From positions 32,001-96,000 of IMG/VR virus record IMGVR_UViG_3300027708_000032: a stretch of DNA of 64,000 bases. One strand, written 5' to 3'. The stretch's first letter is position 1. Each line of letters opens with the position of its first letter. Position numbers and translations under genes: made by a program. This document shows positions 57,701 through 64,000 of this stretch, piece after piece. The notes below the pieces were generated by a model. It saw only the letters and a program-made list of their open reading frames with translations. It was not told where the DNA came from and did no database searches. The DNA comes from a virus.

Positions 57701-59141
57701 CAAAATCAGTAGCTCCAGATAAGAAATCAGAAGTAGCTACAGGATTATCAAGTTTAAAATATTTATCTTGAGCCTTTTTAAGATAACCTCCCCAAGTTAT
57801 AGCATTTCCATAATCTGCTCTTGGAACCATATTAAGAACTTTAGTATCACCTGTTAAATACTTTTCAGCATATTCAGGATAGTACCAAGCACCAAATATA
57901 AGTGAACCATACTTAGGAAGCATTTCTTCTACAAGTTTTCTAGCAACTTCTCTTTCAAAGTTTGGATCAGTGTTATATTTATTTTCAAACTCTCCTATTG
58001 ACATCTGACCTTTAAAATTCTTTTCATAAATACCTTGTCTAGTTCCAGATGTTATCCCCCATCTTCCCATAGCAGAAGCTCTTTGACCATTAGGACCAAC
58101 AAGATTTGTTTGGTTACCTATAGCAGATTTTTCATTAGATGCTAAAACATCTAACACTTTATCTACATTCATTTGTGGGGCATCTAAGAAAGTAATTTCA
58201 TCAGGAGTGATTACAGTATTTTTATTATACTTTCTATCTGCTGGAGCAAACTTATGATTAACTGAAGAACTAGATGTTGGTGCTGCTGATGTTGAAGGAG
58301 CACCAGCTGATGTAGGCATACTTGTAGGCATAGGAGAATACTCTGCAGCGGGGATCATTTCTGAACTCATCTGCATAGGTTGAGCATGAGGCATTAGACT
58401 ATCATACTGTCCACCACCTGCCATGTATCTTCCTATGGGTGCAGAGAAAGGATTGGTAGCCATACCCTCACTTTTAAAACCTGTGTTACGTGGATCAAAT
58501 AAACCAGAGTCCATAACATGCGTAAAGTTTCCTAGTCTAGTTTGTCTAACAGGAAGAGAGTATTCATTTAAGTCTAACATTCTTCTTTTACGCTCACCTT
58601 GTTTTCCTGTAGTATTCTGTTCTATCTGAGATGATATTAATCTACCAGTATTCATTAAAGGATTAAGAACAGCCTCATTAAAAAAATATGCTTTATTTAA
58701 AAGGTTATTTTTTGGTCCTTCTGGTACACACTGTTTAATTTTTTCACTCCATCTATATCCTTCAGCACAAGTATGACCAGAAGTATCTGGTTTAACTCTA
58801 GACTGATCCATTGGATTAGATGGTGTTCCTTCATTACCTGTAGTTTTCCAAGGGTTGAGAGACATCCCCATAGATTGTTTTCTATTTCTTTCTCCAACAG
58901 CTGCAGAAAGACTAGAAAAAGAAGGATCATTAATTATTGGATCCATTATTTCTTTATTATCCCAATAGTCATTATCTGTTAAATCTCCAGACTTAACTGC
59001 ACTATGTGTAATAGGATCCCAATATCCATCTACACACTGACCACTTTCTTCATCCCATACTTGACCTTCTGGACAAGAATCAGTTGTCATTCCTAATTTA
59101 GCCTTTGGTAACTTTCTCTTTCCTGTAATACGTATTTTCAT
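54705..59141 (-). CDS. modular virion protein: lysozyme-like and peptidase M15-like domains, EAERGE domain, GG motifs
   Basis: NEKS..SAMGRWGI; H..GSKHYTGNAMDV..HLHI; EAERGE..H.NGG..P..SFIFSD; Q-rich linker. Confidence 0.8.
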   Translation of the reverse strand: MKIRITGKRKLPKAKLGMTTDSCPEGQVWDEESGQCVDGYWDPITHSAVKSGDLTDNDYWDNKEIMDPIINDPSFSSLSAAVGERNRKQSMGMSLNPWKTTGNEGTPSNPMDQSRVKPDTSGHTCAEGYRWSEKIKQCVPEGPKNNLLNKAYFFNEAVLNPLMNTGRLISSQIEQNTTGKQGERKRRMLDLNEYSLPVRQTRLGNFTHVMDSGLFDPRNTGFKSEGMATNPFSAPIGRYMAGGGQYDSLMPHAQPMQMSSEMIPAAEYSPMPTSMPTSAGAPSTSAAPTSSSSVNHKFAPADRKYNKNTVITPDEITFLDAPQMNVDKVLDVLASNEKSAIGNQTNLVGPNGQRASAMGRWGITSGTRQGIYEKNFKGQMSIGEFENKYNTDPNFEREVARKLVEEMLPKYGSLIFGAWYYPEYAEKYLTGDTKVLNMVPRADYGNAITWGGYLKKAQDKYFKLDNPVATSDFLSGATDFANQFNFDITSTNQGQHNVGSKHYTGNAMDVRTRNKSDKEIADFIQEAERRGYKVLDERQRPAGQPVWGGPHLHIQTRKFGGQNNNKTMKIRIVSGPNQKMAYGGQSAYALNLGHRDVYAPMNKNPYDKSSKTIGPVPREEANIEAERGETVYGDINGDGQNEHMQIGGERHTNGGTPLKVPEGSFIFSDTKKMMIKDEQILRFFGMTAKKGGYTPAEIAKKYDVNKYRGVLENPQSDVVQKRTAERMIENYEAKLGYLALIQESKKGFPQGIPEIAEKVVDTQLGQQIAGEYLQQQQQMMQQQQGEQQMPQPGGEEPNGVQEYPEGQEPQQQGPQEEMMEGQQEPPMQEGMEQMPPMQRYGGGIGYYAQGGYVPEDLGMMAYGGYAPVQTFALGGTSADPIYYNKYANAVISKQGAATIIKYPDGQIDTIFPNGRVKIQYSNGTSKMVDAAETIVDIKKTSDGTPIVIYGNGTKMTHFKNGRSQYIYADGRKTMGTVDAAGKIKWEDETDNTQAAPAQTTTPAQGTSASSQNVPANTVGSTPNVKNFKDVKEISDYYKQFGYNGPENIDKLQKWIIEQAGGNNDIKAELVNYLNEVPLTNKGLRLAKKLRKTKSQFTDDELFNQFNDALYDYRFPKLEKFKTPPSPPVVQVTPGTPAGPTPTPLPPVYQCVNGVVSAVDDASKVPGQTYYATDAEAQAACKQPTGSTTETKPNEFTPVGSDVPYGRMRQDVRNIGAANLNAALIKRFIAPRMNVNAEFSPFVARDPRFDVATRQAQFNMVNGDLQQYGAPQAYMANSSLAAGRTGEGAAQDIKGVNDYNVTGYNQKLAQDAAMANQFAMYNAQNALSSRQEDQGNESKYLKALGQGYDRIAAAKNQADTNAAMLAGVNATSPYFYYNPWDQDLRFNSDEARAAYFNNLKNPDAYSQTEADRRYALYKKYVADGTDPKIALGIINGNGGGYTTDYEYDQDRKKNKQVTKTPTPTVQKYGGYVMNNPYLK

Positions 59142-59153
59142 ATTAGTATCTTA

Positions 59154-60131
59154 TTAGTCGTTTACTATTTCATATGTATATCCACCTGCTTGTAATTTCT
59201 GTAACATAGCTGGGTCAGCATCGTACACTCCTCCTATTACAACACCACCTTGAGCCATGCCGCCACCATACATCATAGCACCATATGCAGATTGACCGTA
59301 TGAAGGTACGAAAGCTCCACCATTATTAAAATATTGACCTGCAGTAGACGTACCACTATAACCATCTTCATAAGTTCCAGGGTTAGGGTTCTGTCCACTT
59401 ACACCACCATAAGCATATATTTCCATTGCTCCTTTTCCTGTTGTTTGTAGCATTACTTTTCTTTCTCTTTCTTTTTGTCTTTCTGGATCATCTATACCTT
59501 TAAAATTTGGATCTACAGGTGGTGTATAATAAGGATTGGTAAAAGGAATATTTTGTACATTGCCTTCAGTGTCATAATACTTATTCATAAAAGTAGCAAT
59601 ATTACCTGCTTCTTGACTAGGAACACCTTTTTTTACTAAGTTACGTGTAAATTTATCATAAGTATCTCCATTATTTATTCTTGGAATACCGTATGTATTT
59701 TTATACTCAGGAATATACTGTTTAAAATGTTCCATGTTGTAAGGAGCAGTTTGATAAATTTCAGGTGTAGGTGTAGCTGGGACATTAAAAAAACTTCCAT
59801 TTTCAAAACCTCCACCAGTAGCATACATACCACCACAGTTATAACATGGTTGTCCTCCCATACGTTGCATAGGAGCAGCTTGTTGTTGTGGAGCCATTTG
59901 TTGTTGGCTCTGAGCACCTTGTTGTACTTCAGCTACAATCTGTTGTAAAGCTTGTTTCTGAGCTGTAGGATCTAGCTGCTGTAATTGTTGTATAATCTGT
60001 TTAGGATCTTGTCCTTTCATTTGAGCATACATCTGTATGATCTGCATTAGCTGTTGTTGCTGTTGATCAGCTGTTCCACCTGCTGCCATTTGTACTTGAG
60101 CATCTGCTGGGTAATCGTAAAAACTGTACAT
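59154..60131 (-). CDS. Gln-rich, GG-motif virion-associated protein
   Basis: ORF track; nine xxGG motifs, poly-Q helix. Confidence 0.75.
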   Translation of the reverse strand: MYSFYDYPADAQVQMAAGGTADQQQQQLMQIIQMYAQMKGQDPKQIIQQLQQLDPTAQKQALQQIVAEVQQGAQSQQQMAPQQQAAPMQRMGGQPCYNCGGMYATGGGFENGSFFNVPATPTPEIYQTAPYNMEHFKQYIPEYKNTYGIPRINNGDTYDKFTRNLVKKGVPSQEAGNIATFMNKYYDTEGNVQNIPFTNPYYTPPVDPNFKGIDDPERQKERERKVMLQTTGKGAMEIYAYGGVSGQNPNPGTYEDGYSGTSTAGQYFNNGGAFVPSYGQSAYGAMMYGGGMAQGGVVIGGVYDADPAMLQKLQAGGYTYEIVND

Positions 60132-60136
60132 GATAA

Positions 60137-63100
60137 TTATATTTTAATATTATTTAAAGCATTTTGTAAACCTTCTATTGATATAGATCCACCATTCTGA
60201 AATTTATACCCACCATATCTCATACGTTGTCCACCATATCTATGAGATGGAACACCTGATGTATCTAAAGCTAGTCTTATTTCTTCTGGTGTTAGTGGAG
60301 CATTTATACTACTGTCTATATTTACTGGAGCTGCATAACCACTAGTATCTGCATATTGGTTCATAGAAGTATCTATAGTAGGATTGCTATAAAAGTTAGT
60401 ATCAGAAGGAGTTACATTATTAGTTGGACTATTACTAAATGGTTTAGTAGGTGGTGCTGAGTTTGACATAAGTTTATTCAGACCATACATACCTAAACCT
60501 ATACCTCCAAGTACGCCTGCTCCTTTAAGAACTGGTTTAACTACCTGACCAAATCCATTTCCTTTTTTTGGAGGTGTAGCTGGGGCTGCTTGTCCTGTAT
60601 TTTTTTCTGTAGTAGATGGTGGAGGAGTAGGATCAGACTGTGCTCTAGCTTTATTAAGATTTTCTTCTAATGTTGAAACTGGTTTTGGAGTACTAGTTTG
60701 TGCAGGTGTTGTAGTTTGTTGAACAGGTTCTGTTTTAGCAGGAGTAGTAGTTTCTTTAGGAAGTGTAGCACTATACTTTTCTTGTACTTTAGGAATATCA
60801 GCTTCAGAAGCATGAGTAAGAGTCCTCTGACCTTCTTCCATCATCATAATTTCTGTAGGGTTATCTTTATTTACAAAATATGTATTATTATTATGTACAA
60901 TCTCAGCTTGATTTTCAAAAGGATAGGTACGTTCAACTCGTGGACTTACCTCAGCTTCTGGAGTTACGTTAGAAGGTTTAGGTTTATTTTCTAAATTATT
61001 AAATAATACTTCATCTCCAGAACCTCCAAACATTTCATCAAAAGCACCATATGCTTTATTAATAAGTTTCTTAGTTCCTCTAATAGGATTAAACCCAGCT
61101 TGAGTGACACCAGGTGTAGGTTCAGCACTAAGTCCTTTAAAAGGACTACCTATTCCTAGCATTCCAATATCTCCTACAAAGTTTAAAGCTCCTAATGCAT
61201 TTTCTCCAAAACTATTATCTTTAGAGTAATAAGCATTCTCTCCTTTTCTTGGATTATTAGGTCCTACAGAATTAACAAACGTAGCAAGTCTAGATGATGC
61301 TGGAATAATACCAATACCAGGTGTCATGTTAACAAATGTATTAGCTCCTATTACACCTGCATTAATATCACCAGATGGTGTAAGACTAGCAAATGTTTGA
61401 GCAAGCTCAGTGTTTTTCATAGCCTCTTGTCTTCTTATTTCTGCAGCTTGTCTCTGTCTCCATGGTTCATCACCATATGATCTTCCCACTGTAGCTTGTT
61501 GTTGGTTAGGTTGAAGTTGTTTATATCTTGCTTTAGCAGCTATTTCATGAACATCATTCAACATTCTAGCTCTTCTCATATTTTCTGCAGCTTGTACAGT
61601 AGGTCCTACTTGTGTTTGAGTAGGAGGGTTCCACCCATTAGGTATACATGTCCCCAATATAGGATGTCTATCAAAGCCTGGACCACAACCATCTGTAGTT
61701 TGTCCACCTGGACCATATTGATCTATAGAACCACCATATTTGTTCATAGGATTACTAAACATGTTAGTAAGTGTTTGACCATATCCAACTGGTTTTTGAT
61801 TATTTAAAAATAACTGTCCTGATCTGTTATTAAAGAAAGTTCTAAAGTTTTCAACATCTTTTGGATTAGTAGGTTCATAACCTAATTTACGCATTAGTCC
61901 TCTCATCTCATCTCCAAACTCTCTACTGTTAGAACTTCTAAACCACTCATCTATAGGATGCTGATCAGATGGATTTTTTTCCATACCTCTAACCATCTTT
62001 CCTGATTGTTGTCTAAGCTGTTGATCCTGTAACATTTTTCTATACTGGTCAGGACTAATTCCATAACTACCTGCTTCATCAATACCTTCTGCCATAGCTT
62101 GAGCCATTTCTTCTTCAGTTAATGCTAAAGTAGAAACTTTTTTTCCTAATCTATTTCTTAAAGCATTAATACCTATACCTGCTCCTGTAAGATTATATGC
62201 TGCATCAAGACCTCTTGCAATATGTCCTAGTCCTTTATCAAATCTTTTAGCATTAGGTGTTAAAGGTTGTCCTTGAAAACCTCTATTTGGATTTATTCCT
62301 ACTATGGTGTTCTGATCATTCAACTGAGTGTTTGGATTATTCTGTACAAACTGTTGTTTCCTTTGTTGATTAAGTCTTTGCTCATCTAGTGTTTGCATTC
62401 TAGCTGGTCCAACAGAAGCTTGGTTTTGAACACTTTGTCTAAATCTTAAATCATTTAGCATTTCAGCATTTCTCTGAGGAACACCTGCAGATGTAGATGA
62501 GCTAACATTAGGAGACTGTGTAGCAAACACTGTAGAGCCTGCTGTATATCCTGGAGGACAATCTATTGTATTACCAAACATGTCTTTACATAGAGCACCT
62601 CCGTTAACATACTTTCTTAAGTTCATAGCCGATGTTGTAATTCTACCACCCATTTCATTAAATTTTGGATTAAAATAATCTAGTTTTTTTGTATATGCAT
62701 TCCCACCATATTTTTTATTATTAGCCTGTACATATTCTACAGAAGCTATTGAAGAAGTTGGTTTACTATCAAATAAGTTATCCATAGGTTTAGTATTTCC
62801 TTCAATATACTCTTCATTTAATATGTTATTAAAATCTTCTTCAGTTAAACCAGCTAGTAATGTACTAGCTTCTGACTTATCTCCTTTCTCTTGACTACCT
62901 CTATATGCTCTTGAACCTACAAACCTATCATTTATTAATTTCCAAGTTTCATAATCATATATATAAGGAAATGTATGTTGTTTACCATCTGGTGTTGAAT
63001 ATGTAACACTATACTTTGATGGTGTTTCTTTATATTTAACTTCTTGTTTAGCTTCTTGAAACTCTGGAATATACTGGAAAGTACTAGTATCAATAAGATT

Positions 63101-64000
63101 TCCTTTCTCATCATAATGTTTACCATCTATAGAATAATTTGTAATAGCAACTGGATTAATTGTTTGATTTCCACTTATTACAGAAGCTGAGTTATCAACA
63201 AAGTCATTAGCTGCTTTTGAATCAAATCCTTGTTTAACTAAATTTTCTTTATACTGCTCCGTAGTATATCTTTGAGAAGGAGTATTATTATATTTAGTAA
63301 CTCGTTTAGCAACTTTTGGTTTATCCTTATAAGATTTATCAGTATTTGCTAATCCAGCATTTTGATTAAAGTCAGTAACTGTTTTCTGATTAGCACTATT
63401 AAGATTAGCTTCTTGTATATTAAGTCTTGAATCAACTGCAGCATTAGTACTATCAGATGCAAGTTGTAGTCTTCTATTGTATTCATCTTCATCTGAAGTA
63501 ACAAAAGGAGCAGGTCTTAGTACACATTTTTTTGATAGAGTATCCCAATACATATTTGTTGGACATGGTCCTTGTCCACCATCATCCATTCTTTTTATAC
63601 CACCATACCTACCCATATCTAACGCCTGTGTACCATCATTCTTTACATACTTATTTAACATGTCTGCTATAACTTTTGGGTTATTTCCAAACTGCTTCAT
63701 CCATGTTTGTATAAGATATGGTGTATAGTTTTCTTTAGTATGGTCATTTATATATTTCTTATCACTATACTTATTTATATATGGCATAATATTTTTCTCA
63801 TCCCACACTTGTTTAGGATTAATACCCTCACTCATTCTAAACATATTTATTACACCAGATGGTTCTGGATTATTTTGTGTTCTCACTCTATCAGGATTTC
63901 CTGGGTCATATCCAGAAACACTTCTCCACCATGATAAAGGTTTACCTTTTTCATCAATATTTTTAACACGTTGCATACCCATCATCCAGTTACGCATAGA
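60137..64000 (-). CDS. large GG-motif virion-associated protein, probably 5'-truncated by window edge
   Basis: Frame stays open to the window end; ten xxGG motifs, small Cys hairpins, TM-like GAGVLGGIGLGMYGL. Confidence 0.75.
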   Translation of the reverse strand, partial: SMRNWMMGMQRVKNIDEKGKPLSWWRSVSGYDPGNPDRVRTQNNPEPSGVINMFRMSEGINPKQVWDEKNIMPYINKYSDKKYINDHTKENYTPYLIQTWMKQFGNNPKVIADMLNKYVKNDGTQALDMGRYGGIKRMDDGGQGPCPTNMYWDTLSKKCVLRPAPFVTSDEDEYNRRLQLASDSTNAAVDSRLNIQEANLNSANQKTVTDFNQNAGLANTDKSYKDKPKVAKRVTKYNNTPSQRYTTEQYKENLVKQGFDSKAANDFVDNSASVISGNQTINPVAITNYSIDGKHYDEKGNLIDTSTFQYIPEFQEAKQEVKYKETPSKYSVTYSTPDGKQHTFPYIYDYETWKLINDRFVGSRAYRGSQEKGDKSEASTLLAGLTEEDFNNILNEEYIEGNTKPMDNLFDSKPTSSIASVEYVQANNKKYGGNAYTKKLDYFNPKFNEMGGRITTSAMNLRKYVNGGALCKDMFGNTIDCPPGYTAGSTVFATQSPNVSSSTSAGVPQRNAEMLNDLRFRQSVQNQASVGPARMQTLDEQRLNQQRKQQFVQNNPNTQLNDQNTIVGINPNRGFQGQPLTPNAKRFDKGLGHIARGLDAAYNLTGAGIGINALRNRLGKKVSTLALTEEEMAQAMAEGIDEAGSYGISPDQYRKMLQDQQLRQQSGKMVRGMEKNPSDQHPIDEWFRSSNSREFGDEMRGLMRKLGYEPTNPKDVENFRTFFNNRSGQLFLNNQKPVGYGQTLTNMFSNPMNKYGGSIDQYGPGGQTTDGCGPGFDRHPILGTCIPNGWNPPTQTQVGPTVQAAENMRRARMLNDVHEIAAKARYKQLQPNQQQATVGRSYGDEPWRQRQAAEIRRQEAMKNTELAQTFASLTPSGDINAGVIGANTFVNMTPGIGIIPASSRLATFVNSVGPNNPRKGENAYYSKDNSFGENALGALNFVGDIGMLGIGSPFKGLSAEPTPGVTQAGFNPIRGTKKLINKAYGAFDEMFGGSGDEVLFNNLENKPKPSNVTPEAEVSPRVERTYPFENQAEIVHNNNTYFVNKDNPTEIMMMEEGQRTLTHASEADIPKVQEKYSATLPKETTTPAKTEPVQQTTTPAQTSTPKPVSTLEENLNKARAQSDPTPPPSTTEKNTGQAAPATPPKKGNGFGQVVKPVLKGAGVLGGIGLGMYGLNKLMSNSAPPTKPFSNSPTNNVTPSDTNFYSNPTIDTSMNQYADTSGYAAPVNIDSSINAPLTPEEIRLALDTSGVPSHRYGGQRMRYGGYKFQNGGSISIEGLQNALNNIKI

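Noticed and set aside
30485-63934. Many 60-146 aa plus-strand ORFs opposite the giant genes
   Set aside because: Antisense shadows with biased F/S/L/I composition and no motifs
1-64000. Stop-codon reassignment (TAG or TGA), known in some crAss-like phages
   Set aside because: ORFs up to 16 kb are intact in code 11, and TAG (8516, 10136, 26507) and TGA (ATGA overlaps) act as real stops; no suppressor tRNA seen
1-64000. CRISPR array, integrase, transposase, introns or inteins
   Set aside because: No regularly spaced repeats or recognisable motifs; PolB, DnaB and the RNAP core appear uninterrupted

Overview
This 64 kb window is part of an AT-rich crAss-like (Crassvirales-related) dsDNA phage genome infecting Bacteroidota, read in the standard genetic code. 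It has four blocks. (1) 1-10136 (+): small accessory genes, a degenerate tRNA-like element, a DUF6915/DUF6878/DUF6745-like cluster, an SF2 helicase, uracil-DNA glycosylase and a MoxR/RavA AAA+ plus VWA pair. (2) 10224-18339 (-): a lysis-type operon (holins, TIGR02594 endolysin, spanin-like proteins) interleaved with host-type exported proteins. These include a full type IX secretion (T9SS) cargo, a beta-helix/SprB-repeat protein and a signal-peptide-bearing tail-fibre-like domain, together with a pirin. (3) 18463-30403 (+): replication module (stand-alone DnaA domain IV, DnaB, Sak4-like ATPase, SSB-like protein, primase, HNH, PD-(D/E)XK nuclease, PolB, dNMP kinase). (4) 30418-64000 (-): giant virion/ejection proteins, including a 5424-aa DFDID-type virion RNA polymerase polyprotein and three proteins punctuated by about 27 di-glycine motifs. 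The best candidates for undescribed systems are the translationally coupled secretome/T9SS cassette inside the lysis operon and the GG-motif modular virion proteins. All family assignments come from motif recognition by eye; no database searches were run.
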